Both the position numbers and the translations under genes were made by a program. Source: Protoeuglena noctilucae (lineage: Eukaryota). Taken from it: a stretch of DNA of 64,000 nucleotides. The notes beneath the pieces were generated by a model. That model made no database searches, was not told where the DNA came from, and saw nothing but the letters and a program-made list of their open reading frames with translations. This document shows positions 1 through 13,700 of the stretch, in pieces (position 1 is the first letter of the stretch; every line of letters starts with the position of its first letter). The stretch spans positions 682,001 to 746,000 of the forward strand of contig OY253670.1 in NCBI GenBank assembly GCA_958009085.1, in the 5' to 3' direction.

Positions 1-221
1 GCAGACGACCATGCACATACCACGGACCCCCTGGGACCACTGCGGCCCCTTCGTGCGTAAATTTCCTAATTCAAGCGAGTCACTTAATTGGCGACGCGTA
101 AACTGCCTTCCTCGATGCGACTGGGGTGCAAACCCTGCTGCCAGATGGACGACTAGCCTAACTGAACTGGTAGTGGGAAAGAGCATAACGGAGTGGAAAC
201 ATGCGCACGCGACGACAGGTC

Positions 222-3200
222 CTAACCCTCCTTCCATGCGGATTTCTTCTGCGGGCCGGGCAACAGCACGAAATTTCGATGAGGGACGAGTGCGGCTTTG
301 TGCGCAGTGCCGCGGCTGATCCGAGCGGCCCCACTTGCCTGCGACGACCGCCCGAAGACCTGGGAGTAGTAGGAGTTGGCGGAGGTGAGCCCCGGCATGG
401 GCGCCACGCCGGGCTGTCCCGGCCGCCCGGACGGGATCGCAGCCAGCTCCATGACCCTCTTCTTCATGTCCGACAGCATGTTGAGGAACGCGTCCCTCTC
501 GCGCTCGTCCATCGCGGCGCCATCGTGAACGCTACTCTCCGCCGACCCGGGCCCTGCCGCCCTCCGGAACTCCTTGCAGATGTCGGGCACCAGTTGCTCC
601 AGATGCTGCAAGAACCGCGAAGACGCAGGCATGTCGGCAAGCGTCCGGTCGCCTGCGCACGCGGGGGCTGAGGTTTTGGACGCGGGCGCGACTCGCCTCG
701 ATCTGTTTGAGTGCTGCGTGGCCTTCGTCGAGGCTCCAGCGCCCCACGTCCCTGCGGCCCGCCGCGACGGCGTCCAGCAACGCTGTGCCAGCCCCCGCCC
801 GGGCCACCTCCTCGCTGGGCCCAGGTCCGTCGGAGACCTTTGGCGCTGCCTTGATCATGGCAGAGAGCAGACTGTGCTGGGACCGCTGCGAGTTGGCTCC
901 CTTCAGCGGGTCCGCTTCCCTGCCGACAGGATACAACGTGCCTGACCTCAGCCCCGCTCCAGCTCACTGCCACACGCGACGCAACGCCAAGCCATGGCCG
1001 ATCAGGTCGCCAGTCCCCACCTCAGCACCGCCAGACGCGCGTCCGCGATGCGGTCCATGTACGCCCTGCTCCCCGGGAACATCCGCATCATGTCCTCGAA
1101 GTCCGCCCTCCCCAGCTTGAACAGCTCGCACGGCTCCAGCGCATCGATGTCCGCCGCCCGCGGTGCGCTCTGCACACACAGCCACGACGCCGCCCTCAGG
1201 ACCGCCCTCTCTACCCCCCTGCCGCTCGCGTCGCCCCGGCCCCGACACCCCGGCCCCGCCCCCGCACGCGCCCCACCTTCAGCAGCGCGATCTCCCCAAA
1301 GTACGACCCCGTCCCTAGCACGCTCACGGGCCGCCCCCGAATCGACACCTGCACCAGCCCCATCTTGATAAAGTACATGTCCTCCCCCAGGTCCCCCATC
1401 TTGATGATCCGGTCCCCCGGCAGGTACACCTCCGGCTCCAGCTGCACCACAAGCCGAGCCGGGCACATGTGTCGGCCGTCGCAAGCCCTTGCTTCTCCAC
1501 CCCCCAGCCGCCGCGCCACTCTGCACGACCCTGCCCCGCTCACCTTCGTCACGATGGCGTTTACGAACCCCGGGTCCGCGTTCTGGAAAAACGGCACGCT
1601 CCCCACAATGTCCCGCGCGTTGTGCAGCGCCACCTCGTTCCTGTGGGCGCCAGCTGCCACACGCCATGTGTCACGTCTGCCGTCCGCGACTGATCGCGAC
1701 TGGGCCGTCAGCCCGCACCCTGGCTCCGTCTCTACGCCCCCAGCGACACCAGCTGCGCCGCCCTTGCCCCGCCCGCCTCGCTCGCCTCAGCGCCGTGGGC
1801 AGCATGTCCATCACGTCCTGCTCTTTCATGAACTTGCCGGCCGCCCACTTGAACTCGTAGTTCTCGCGGATGCGCGCCCGCAGGCTCAAAGGCAGGTTGC
1901 GCATCAGCATGTACTTGTTGAGCACCGCCAACTGTCTCCTGCAAGGCACGCCACCGTTTGGGAATGCCTCTTCCTCTGCCCAAAGCGATACCATGCGCCA
2001 ATCGCTCGCGGACATCGGAATCCTCGCCTGTACTCCGAGTCGAGCCCGTTCATCTGCACCAGCAGCGATACGATCATCCCCGTCATCAACACCCAGATGA
2101 GGGCCCCCAGGGTGAAGGAGACAATGAGGTTCCACGCCTCCGGGACCGTGAGGACGGCCTCTCCAGGAGACCCGTACCCAATGGAGAACATCTGTGCTAA
2201 GGCCCGGAAAAGGCTCCACGTGTACTGCTCAAACACCGACTTGTAAACGATGCCGGAGCGCACGGGCCAGCTCAGGTCGGGGAAGCCGAGCATGGACGGG
2301 ATGAGGAACTGGATGCAGGCGTTCCAGTGGTTGTAGAGCAGGATGACCGCCTGCATGGGGGCCGGGGATGGCGGACGTGGGTGGCGGCCGCACTTGACGG
2401 GGCGCCGTGCGCGAGCGAGCGTGGGCGCGCAGGGCTCACCACGTGGCTAAGGATACGGCTGACGAACGTGCTGAGGCTGGAGAAGAAGTTGTACTTGGTC
2501 AGGTACCGCGCCATCTTGGTCACTCGGAGGAGGCGGAGGAGGCGGGTGATTTTCAAAACGCGCAGGAGCTTCGGGAGCCTCCCCGCGGTGCTGGACCCGT
2601 TGCTGGTGGCGGAGATGAGGATGAGGTCGAAGGGGATGGAGGAGACGAGGTCGATGAAGAACCAGCCCTTGAGGTAAGTCCACGCGATGCGTCGTCGGTC
2701 CATCACCAGCACCTGGTCGAGGTCCTGGAAGTAGCCCGTGTTAAAGTTGAGGATGAGGTCGGCCATGAAGAAGAAGTCGATGACGATGTTGAGGACCAGG
2801 AAGCCGAGGCCGCCGTGGGCCAGGAGGGGGTCGTGCCAGTAGAAGGCGATCTTGACCAGCTGGACGACGATGTTCCATAGGATGAAGACGATGATGAGGA
2901 GGTCCCACCACTTGCGGAAGGACGAGAGAGGGTGGATGACCACCTCGTACCACCGGCTGATGGGCTTGTCCAGAGAGGGGTCCGCCTCATCCACCGTCAT
3001 GAACTTGTACTTGTTGGCGTACATGGCCGGCATCCCAAACACCCTGCGAACAGAGGCGCCCCGGGGCGTTCCGGTCGACGCCATTCTCAAACCGAGCCGC
3101 GGATCTCCATGGCCCCCGCTTCGGGCCCATGAGCCATACCATGATACGGTGAGCCGTTGGGTCTCACCGTATCATGAAGAGCTTCCAAGCCTCGGAGCGG

Positions 3201-4047
3201 TCGGGACCGAACAGGGAACCGGCTAGCTGCAGGGACGTCTGCCGAAAGAGCGACGGCCGGCGGTGGACGCTGCTGCCGTGCACGGAGCCCAGGTTTGGGG
3301 GGCTCCCGGGCCCTGCGTATGGTGCGGAGGGCCGCCTCGAGTCAAGGGTCACGCGTGGCGCCCCTGTGCCAGGGATGCAAGCAGGAGCCACCACTCACCT
3401 CGCGCGCTGTCGAGATTCGACATGTTCTCTGCGTCCGCCTGCACTGCCCGCTCAATGTCCTCCACGTTGCCCATATCAAGCACGCGCTGGGACAGCGCCC
3501 GGGACAGACTGAGCCTCCCCGGGGTGCTTGTTAGCGGGCTGACGGACAGCTCCATGCTCACGCGGGCCTTGGTCGGCGCCGTGAGCTCCTCGGAGGCGAC
3601 ACCCACTTCGGATGTGCGAGCCTTGATGCTCGACCGGCGGACCTGGCAGGAGCAAAGGGATAACCATGCTCGCACGACGCTCGGCGGGACGGCCATGCGG
3701 GCGTCTCACGCACGCTGCCTCACCAGGGTCTGGAACTGCTTGTCGAGCTGCCGGGCACGCCGCTTGCCCGTCAGGTCCCTCGGCGACATCCCCGGGCTCT
3801 GGGACCCGCTTGCGCTGAAACCGCCCGGCGACCCGGGTCCCGGACTGCCACCGCGGCTCATGGCGAACGGGGCCTCGGAAGGGCCTCGCGGGCTGCCCGC
3901 GGCAGAGCCCCGTTCGTCTTGCACAGGGATGCGCAGGTGCGTCGCGGAAGACAGCGGATGCATGTACTCGGTGCGCTCTCCGGCTCCGTCGATGCCGTCT
4001 TCGCCTGCCGCGCCATCCTCCGGCGGGGCACCCTCCGGCCTCCCCAT
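222..4047 (-). CDS. Multi-exon HCN/KCNH-like voltage-gated, cyclic-nucleotide-binding-domain cation channel (both ends uncertain)
   Basis: Spliced exons give S1 'VIHPLSSFRKWWDLLIIVFILWN', 'YLKGWFFIDLVSSIPFD', S4 'RLPKLLRVLKITRLLRLLRVTKMARY', S5 'HWNACIQFLIPSMLGFP', pore 'WSLFRALAQMFSIGYG', C-linker 'YMLMRNLPLSLRARIRENYE' and CNBD 'EVYLPGDRII...MYFIKMG...GSYFGEIALL...RAADIDA'. The low-complexity N-terminal exons (3100-4050, possibly further) and the last exon are uncertain. Confidence 0.88.
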
Positions 4048-4762
4048 CCCCCACCCTGCGCAAACACGACAAGGGCGGGACCGTCATCGCGACCCTGTCC
4101 GCGCCGCCGGCCACTGCACGCCATCAATCAAGGGTATGAGCGACGCTGGAGATACGTCGGGCCGCCCGATGGGCCGTCCGCGGGCCGCAGGAGCCCCGAG
4201 TGTGTTTGCCTTGAACAATCCTTGCCGCCGGGAGTTTTCCCCCCGAAAGCCAAAACGAATCCCGTGACCTTACATGAACCATTTTGCAACAGCGGCGTTA
4301 CTTGATCAAGGCCACCGGCCCTGAGGGACGAACACACATGCCAAACGCAGGCATCGAACCACTCACCGCTGCGGCCCGGCGGCAGCCTTCTTCAACCTCC
4401 AAGATATTGAGCGAACCTTGGGAACCGCAGCCGCCTTCGCCTTTGATCCCCCTCGCGCTAGGGCCCACCGAATCGCCGCCGAGCTCAATCGCGCGCCGAC
4501 CTGACGATGACCTACAGTCCTGACTGAAAATCTGCGGCACATCATCGAGGCATTTCGGAGAAGGACGGGCGAGATGGACCCTGAGCTGACTAAACCGGTA
4601 TGACCTTGGGGTCGCCGGGACTCCACTGGCGTCTCATCGCTGCAAGGGACCCTAGATTTGCTGAGGGCGCATGCGCATGCTAGCCGGTTTGGGTGTACGG
4701 GCTGGCTGCGGGCAGTGCGCAGGGGAACGCCACATGCGGGCCGGAGGAAGCCAGAAGCCGTG

Positions 4763-7700
4763 ATGCCGGGCCAGGCGATGCCCGATGGGGGCGGGGGCGG
4801 GGAGCCCCCGCTCCGGGTCTTCCCCCCCCGCATTGAGTACGCGAGCTTTGAGACGGGGACGGTGTACAGCACCGTTGTGACCATCAAGGTGACCGCGTGG
4901 GGAGCGTGCGTCGCGTGCATTGTAATCTGACGCCTACGAAGTATCAGCGAGCGCGTGCGCTGGGCCTCCGGACACGCCCGAGAGCAGGGATGCACAGCTG
5001 CATGTCGTCGCCCATCCCTGGCCGTGGCACGCGGCTGGCGCCCGTTGGCAGACTGGTCGCGATAATACTCGTCGTGTTGATTGTTGCCACGAGCTCGCGT
5101 CGTCCAACAGGTCACGAGGCTGCGCTCCTCGTCGCGTCTCATGCCCGGAAGTGGGCGCGACGACAAATGCGGGCCGTCTTGAGTCCCCGCAGAACGTCTC
5201 GAGCAGGGCCATGATGTATTGGATCAAGCCGCCGACGATGAAGCAGTGGACGGTGAACGGGAACCTCACCACGGTGAAGCTCGCCCCGGGCCTGGAGTCG
5301 CAAGTGACCGTCTCGTTCATGTCGCGCGACGAGAAGGACATCACGGACCGCCTGCTCGTCGCAACTGAGGTGACGCGTGGGTCTGGGCGTGTAGACCGCC
5401 GCGAGCACACGGAGGCGCCCCGCATCGACAAAAGGTACCGTTCATGCAGGGCCAAGTGATCGAAATTCCGCTGCGGGCGAGCGCCCCGACGCACAAGATC
5501 GTCGCAGAGGGAGACTTGGACATCGGCGTCATCGCTCAGGAGCAGGAGACGGTGCGGAAGGTGCTGCTGCGGAACGAAGGTCCCAGGGATGCGGGCCTGT
5601 CCATCAGCTACGACAAGTCCGTGCCCGGGCTGACAGGCGAGCCCCCGCGCGAGCTTTGCCGTGGTCAGTGCCCTGCGCCCGTGGCGTGTCAGCGTCCCAG
5701 CCCCCGGCTGCCCCCGCAGTCGAGCTGACCCGGGACACGCTTGCGCCCGCGGGCAGCGGCGAGGAGAGCACCGCGGAGGTGGTGGTCACGCTGCTACCGG
5801 AGCGCCCGGGTCTCGTCAACACGCCCGTGACGGTGATGTTCGCGGACAACACGCCGCCCATCCGGATGCAGCTGGTGGCGCAGGCCGTGGTTCATGCTGT
5901 CAAGGTGACGGACGAGGACGGCATCAAGATCGACAAGCTCGCGCTCGGCACGGCCTACCTGGGCCAGCCCCTGCGCAAGACCTTCCTGCTGGCCAACGAC
6001 GGGCCCAAGCAGCTGAGGTACCGGTGCCACGTGCTGGGCGCGGCCGACGTCAAGCACCACGTGGTGAACGGGGAGGTGATGGACGAGGGTGAGCTCAACA
6101 AGCTCGGGACCCCGCCCTCGGTCAAGATCGAGCCCCAGATGGGTGCCCTGATGCCCTTCGAGCGCCAGGCCATCACGGTCGAGTTCGTGACCGAGCCCTT
6201 CAACTCCCGCAAGGGCTTCCTCTCCACCCTCAACTCCGTCGACCAGGACTCCCGCAACGAGAACTCCATCTTTTTGATCAACTTCGGCCGCTCGGCGGGG
6301 GTGCACGTCCACCAGCTCCCGCTCACCGCCCGGGCCGTCCGGCCAGGGATCAAGCTCGAGCCCGCAGAGGTGAGGAGCTTGCAATTGGTGGTCATCGGGT
6401 CACTGGCTTGCGAAGGTCTTTCTGCGGTAGCATCCGTGACGTTCGGCCCACTTCACCGCCTCGCTCCGCCCCAGGTCATCTTCCCCGACGTCACTTCTGG
6501 CCAACACATGGAGGAGGTCGTCAAGGTCCTGAACCTCGACTCGGAGCTCCCGGCTGTTGTGCACGTGCCATCGAGCGCCTATTTCCACCCCGACCAGTCG
6601 ACCATCCACCTCCAGCCGGGGCAGACGGCCACCCTCGTCGTCAGCTACGTCCCTCGGAGCATGGGCCGCCACACCGCCCAGCTGTCCTGCCGCGTGACGA
6701 CGCCGCGGGGGGCGCAGCTGCAGGAATGCGCCCTCGCGCTGTCGGGCACGTGCTTGACCTACGAGGCCAGCATGGGAACCACGAGGGGCACCCTGGGCCG
6801 CCCGCCCCTGCCGGAGGACTTCGAGCGACCGCGGGTGAGCCAGCGATGGATGGAGATGGAGAGCGCTGCCGTGGATAGGCGACTCGCGTGCTAGAGCTGA
6901 GATGGCGCTGCCCGCGCTGCCCTCCGCAGGTGTTTGCCGCGCAGCAGGACGTGGCAGTCGCGCAGATGCGGATGACGAGCAGCGTGCGCCTGCCCTTGTG
7001 GGAGAAGGAGGCCGCGGCCCGGGAGTTCTTTGCTCTGCACAGGCGAGGGACGCACGCATCTGTGGGTCCCAAGCATCGCATGGCGTAGTGCCTCACGGCG
7101 CGTGCATGACATGCGGCAGGCGGTCTCAGACCGGGCCACTGAGCGCAAGCTCTCAGCCAACCATCGCTGCATCGGGGGGTGTGTGTGTCCTGAACCCCAC
7201 GGTTGCCCCCTCTTCCGCAGGACGGCCGAGACCGAGAACGCCTTTTCCCTGGAGCAGGCCATGGCGCGCGAGGCGCACCGGCAGATGTACACGGACCTGC
7301 TGCGGTCCGGGCACCGCCACCGCAAGCGGCTGGCGCAGCCCCTCCCGGCCCCCGACGACCCCGTCTCGCTGGGTCTGCAGCAGGCAGCGGGCCTCAAGGA
7401 GCCCAAGATCCGGCTTCCGTCTGCGAACGAGCCCCTGTGGCTGCAGGAGAAGATCGTCGTGAGGCCCAAGCACCGGTGCGTGGGCGTCGCAGCGACAGGT
7501 TGATGTTTCTATGAGATTGCAAGCCGAAGCATCGACTGCTGCAACGTGACGACGGGACCGATGTGCGCAGGGCCCCCATTCCCAACGACCCCCGCCTGGT
7601 CACCAAGTGCCGCTTCAAGAGCCGCCCCGAGACGGAGAAGGAGAAGGCCGATTGCAAAAGCACGCTGTTGGGACCCGACACGGCCAAGATCGCGGCCTGC

Positions 7701-10700
7701 CGTTTCCTGGACTACGGGCAGGTGGCGCTGGGGCAGTCGGAGGCGCAGAATTTCGCCGTCACCAATGGGCTGAGCCAGAACCTGTGGGTCGAGATCGACT
7801 TGACTGAGGAGGACTGCGAGGAGCTGGCGGACATCACGCCGCGGATGCAGGTGCGGCGGGGCCCGGGACAGCACGCAGCACCTCGGCACCTGCGTTTCAG
7901 GGCTGCCAGGACCGCGGTGTTCCTGGGAGCGTAGGCGCCACACCAAACGCGCTGACGTCCTGCATCTCACGCGTGCCGCAGGTCGTGCCCCCCCGGGCCA
8001 CGGCGGCTTTCACATGCCGCTTCACGGCGACCAACCCAGGGAGCTTCGAATTTGACGTCCCCTACACGATCAACGGGCAGCGGTACACGTTCCGCGCCAC
8101 GGCGGACGTGGTCCCCGTGCGCGTGGAGCTCAACTCAGAGAAGCTGCACTTCCAGTTCTCGCCAGAGAACTGGACGGGTCGGGTGGACCAGACCCTCGGG
8201 GTGGAGAACCCGTTCGACTTCCCCGTGGTGTTCACGATCGAGCCCAGCAACAAGGTCTTCAGCGTGGAGCCCGCGCGCGGGGTGCTCGACGCGCGGGGCA
8301 AGACGACTTGCCGCGTGCGGTGGTCGCCCGTGGCCAACGACACGGTGGGCGACAACAACGGCGTGCTCACGGTGCACGTGAAGGGGGAGCTGACGCCCAA
8401 GAAGGTCATGCTGCAGGGCGAGCTGCCCGAGGGCCGCCTGCAGCTGGTGGGCGACAAGGCGATCGACTTTGACGTGGCGGCCGTGGGCGTGCCCAAGTCC
8501 AAGGTGGTCGTCCTCCGCAACGCCGCGCCCCACGAGAGCCAGTTCCAGGTCATCGTCAACCACGAGGCCCTCCGGGCGAACCCAATGTTCGGCCGCGTGC
8601 CCGCCAAGGGCTCTCTGGAGCTCGACGTCTCGCTCGAGGCGGACGAGCCGTGCGCCATCGAAGACAACATCGTCATCGAGGTCCGAGGGGGGCGGAGCAT
8701 CAAGATTCCGGTCAAGGGGAAGGGTGAGGAAGGCTTCGCACCCGCAGGAGGGCCGCCTGCAAAGCAAAGCGCTGAGCCACCGAGGCTGCAGGGCGCCGCT
8801 GTCAGAATGGGCGCTGCGCGAGCCTTGTCTGATGAGGAAATCCTGCCCCTGCGCCGCCGCCCCGCAGTCGTGGTGCCGGACATCTACGTCGAGGAGGACA
8901 AGCTCGATTTCGGGGGCGTCATCGTGGGCGGAGCGGGGAAGCTGGACCTCACGCTGGTCAACAGCAGCCCCGTGCAGGGCGCGGTGGTTTTGGACCTGAT
9001 GAACTACAACGAGTTCAGTGTCGAGCTGAGCCGGGACGCGTGGAGCTCGGACGTCTACGAGCACTGCCCGGTGCAGGTGAGGGCCTGGCACTGCCACGAT
9101 GTGCGCGGTACGTGGCACAGGCTAACGACGCTACATGAGGGCCAGTGGTACATGGAACAAGCACCGGCGAGGATCGTCAAGAGACCGCGCGGTGTTTTCT
9201 CGGCGCAGGTGGTGTCCAGCAAGGGTACGGAGCGGTCGGCGGAGAGCGTGGGGTCGGAGCGTGGTGTGCGCCGCCGCTCCTCGGTGGTCAACCAGCTGTT
9301 CGCGGCGGGCAGCAAGTACCGCATCACGATCATGGGCCACTCCAAGCTGTGCATCGTGCTCGTCTACAAGCCCACGTCCGTCGGGGGCGCCGAGCTCACG
9401 CTGGGCCTCTCCGACGGCAAGGGCCTGACCCCGCCCGAGGGGTCCCTCATGGCCAAGCGCATCCCGATGACCATGACGGGACTCGAGCCCAAGCTCATCC
9501 TGAGCGAGACGGTCGTCGACTTCGGCAAGCGCGTCGTGGTGCGCGGCTCGAGCGTCAACCCCTACACCTACACGCTCCACCTCGCGAGCCGCACCTCCCA
9601 GCCCCTGCCCTTCCGCTTCGCCGTCTCCGAGCTCTGCCCGCCCGAGGACCTCGGCGTGTTCAGCTTCGAACCCCAGGAGGGCACCCTGAACCACGACACG
9701 CCCCTGGCGGTCCGTGTGCTCTTCTTGCCCCGGGAGTCCAAGACCTACTCCCTCCGAGTGCCGCTCTACGCCAACCACGACTTCGTCAACAAGTACCTCG
9801 AGCTCACGCTGAGCGGCACCGGATCCATGCCCAGGCGAGCGAGCGAGACGCGACTCACACTCTGTGCCATGACAGGCGCCCGTTCCATGTAGGCACTCTG
9901 ATTCCAAGATGCAAGCCCAAGCTCCACGCACCCTCTTTCCCTACCCAAGCCCTTCCGTGGCACAAGCCCCCGCGTAGCTCAGCCACGCCTGTATGCAACA
10001 CCGCTCCATCCCACGCACGCAGGCTGCTCTTCGATGTGGAGGAGGTCCTGCTGCCTCCCGTGCCCCTGGGCATCCGCGCGTCCGCGCAGGTCATGGTCAT
10101 CAACGACGGCTACGACAACCTCGATCTCAAGGTCAAGATGCCCGTGGATGAAGACAAGGTGCCCATCACGGTTGACTTCCCAGATGGCACGATGATCGGC
10201 GTCGCCAAGGAGCGCCTGGCCCTGGTCGTGTCCTTCGTAGCGTCCAAGCCGACGTCCTTTACGTCCAGCATCGAGCTCCTTGACTTTGAGGGCGCCAGGC
10301 GAGGGGCGCGGGGATCGCTGGCACACGATAACTTACATGCAGATGCCGACCCGGGACTCTGCAGACGCCGGCACCTACAGCTGTTACGTTCTGGGGCCAA
10401 GCTGTGCGCATCTGACCTCTCACACCCCTTCACGTGTGTCCTTGTGCAGGTACAAGCTTCCCATCAGTGGCGTGAGCGACAACAGCGTGTTGACGGCCGG
10501 CGAGTTCCTGCACGTCAACCACAAGGTCATCGGCGTGGCGAGGAAGACGCCCAGAGATCCCCCGAGGCTCGCCATGGCTGCGTTCGCGGACCTGGTGCTG
10601 GTGAGAGGGAGCGCGCGATGCCAAGGGGGTTGGTCGAAGAGCCATGCAAACGTGGCATGTCCATGGCCCTCAGCTGGGCCCAGCGGCCTAGCCGGGGCCG

Positions 10701-13700
10701 AAGCCCTTTTGCTGCGCATGGTGTCATTGGTAAACATCGCGAAAGCACCTCCTCTCTCCGCAGTCGGCCGACCTGAAGAACGTGGGCCCGCTGGAGCCAA
10801 ACCGGTTCCTGGCGTGCTTCATCAACGCCACGACCATGCTCGGGCCCTTCAACAATTTGCGAGAGGAGAGCTTGGCGTCCAAGGGCCGCATCCTCGTCGA
10901 AATCGTCGAGCTGCTGTCCGGGAAACCAGGTGCCATGCGCAGCGTGCATGGTGTCTCATGCCATGTGCACCTCCCCAGTGCCTCGCAAAGTGTCTTGCTT
11001 GCCGATGTGCATCTCCAGCACCTCGCAAGGTCTGCATTATCGCCAAGCATGCATCTGACAAACGAGACTGCCCCCCCGCAGTGCCCGGCAAGGCCGTGTC
11101 CCTCCCTGCGAGCCGCCGCGAGGCGATGATCGCGCTCCTGAGTCAGTACGAGAAACTCATCCAGTTCCTCGCCTCCCTGGGCGCCCTGCTCAACACCACC
11201 AAGCCAGAGTTCCTGCTAGACACGGATGACTTTGCGCGCCTGTTGTCGATGCGGGAGGTGCAGAGCGGGCAGGACCAGGAGTCGGCACGGGACGCGCGCG
11301 TGGGGCTCACCTTCTGGGAGCAAGTCGAGACCAGCTTCGGGATGGTGTCGGTGCGGGCGTGGAACGCCGTCTTCGCGCAGGTGGCCAAGGTCCTGGTGGT
11401 GTCACGCTGCACGCCCAAAGCCCTGCGCCAGATGGGCCTGCCCGTGACCAAGGAGTTGGAGAAGATGTGGTCCAGCAGCGACGTGTACAGGTGATTGCAA
11501 GCGAAGCTCCCTACCTCGTACCGGCTCGCGCGAACAGGCCATCGAGTGACCCGCCGCCATGCGCCTGCCAATGCCCTCGTCGATGTCCCCCACGCAGCCT
11601 CAACGAGATGGTCCTGCTGTACTGGGCCCAGCACTGGCTCTCTAAGACGTTCCCCGAGTCGAGCGAGATCTTGGGCAACTTCAACACCGACTTCCGCAAC
11701 GGCCGTGCCCTCTTCGCCATCCTCGCCTCCCACTGGCCGAGCCTTGGGGCCTTCCGCGACCGCCTCCTGCCGGACGACAACAACCACGAGACGCGGCTGC
11801 ACAACGCGCAGGTCCTGCTCGAGATGGTCCGGCAGCTGGAGCTGCCCATGACCTTCACGGCAACTGAGCTACTGGAGGCGAATGTGGACGAGGTCGTCTT
11901 GCTCCTCGCCTACCTGTTCCAGACGCTGCCGCAGCTGGCGCCCAGGACGACCATCGAGTTCTCCGCCAAGCTCGGGGAGGTCCAGACCAAGCACGTGGAG
12001 CTCCACAACCCCTCGCCCATGGCCGTGTCGTATTACGCCAGGCTCGAGGGCCACAGCGACTTCGCCCTCACCACCACCACCGTGTTCCTGGAGCCCAAGG
12101 CCACCGTGCACTTCCCCGTACAGTGCAAGAGCACGATTTCGAAGCCAGTCCAGGGATTCCTCGTCCTCTCCTCCCGAAGAAACGGCACAGGTGCGGCGCA
12201 CGCGTGGCTCGCCATCGCGCAAACGCAGGTGCCTGAGGAGTCTGTTGCGCCCCATGCGCCTCTCTTATCAGCCCTCCTTCCTGCGCTTTGCGTCACTTCT
12301 CCAACCACCATCTCGCCCTTCTCTTGCAGCCCATGGCGCCACCCTGGTCTTTGCTCTGGAGAGTCAAGTTAACACGACCATCCCCGTCCAAAAGGCTTCG
12401 GTCGAGGGCACGACGTACCAGATGGAGGTCGCGGAGGCGGAGATCCGCAACCCTTTCCCGGGAGACTGCGACTTCACCATCACACTGGAGCAGTACATGC
12501 AAACAGGTGAGGGTGCGCGGGGTGACATTGCACCAAAGCAGTACATGCAGAGCGGCGAGGGCCATGCGGGGTCAAGGTGTGCAGTCGCAGTGCGGCTGTG
12601 CCCCCTTGGACCAGCCATTGACGTGTCTGTTCGAGCTTTGCCCTCTACGCAGATGGCCGCCGCAAGAAGACCAAGAAGAGCAACCGCTTCGGGGGTGGGC
12701 GGGACGCGAACGGGGACGAAGGCAACGCCACGAGCGGGGCCGCAGCGGGAGGCATCCCGCCAGAAGCGAGCCCCTCGAGCAGCGCGACGCACCGGCTGTT
12801 CAACCCCGACGCACGCACTGTCATCGCCTCGGGCGTGCCCCTCTCGGTGGCGCCCGAGCGCTACCCGCACGCCTTCGGCTGCGAGCGGCAGCGTCTGCGC
12901 CTTCGCCAGGGCGCCGTGGACCGCCTGGACCTCGCCTTCCTGCCCTTTGTGCCTGGGGTGCACATCTGCCACATCGTCCTGGAGGACGCCACGTTTGGCA
13001 AGTTCCGCTGCGAGGTGGTCGGAAACGCCAAGCTCCCAATGCCCGTGGCCAAGCTGACGTACCAGTGCGACCAGGAGGGCTCGGTGGTGCAGGACATCTC
13101 GATCCCGTTCGCCAACACGCTGTGCGAGGGCGCTAAGCGACTCTTCCTGGAGCGCCACCCGTTGGCCAAGGACGACAAGCAGGCAGGGCGTTTGAAGGCC
13201 CTGGACGCCTTCAAGGGCGAGCCGCTGGTCTACACGGTCGAGCAGGCCAACCAGTTCGTGAACGTGCCGCGGGTGGTGGTGCTCAAGGGCGTGAAGCAGC
13301 CCGACAAGCAGCGGGGCGACGAGGAGGCCGCGTCCAGCTCCACCAACAGCATCCGCGTCGAGCTGAACCCCAAGGGCGCGGGCCTGTACCCGGTCCGCGT
13401 CAAGCTCACCTCGGTCAATGACGTCCGCGTTTACGACCTCACGTTCGAGGCCACCAAGGCCGGCATGGTGTCCAAGCTCGAGTTCGACTGCCCCGCGCGG
13501 CATCAGGTCCAGCAGGAGATCCCGCTCGTCAACCACAGCGACAAGCCCCTGCAAGTGCGCGCCAACATCCAGGGCGAGACGTTCTTCGGCCCCGCGCAGC
13601 TCACCATCGACCCAGGCCTCACGCTCATGTACCCGCTCTCCTGCCGCACCAACGCTCCCGGGAACTACTACGGCAAGCTCGAGCTGCAGGCGAGAGTCGG

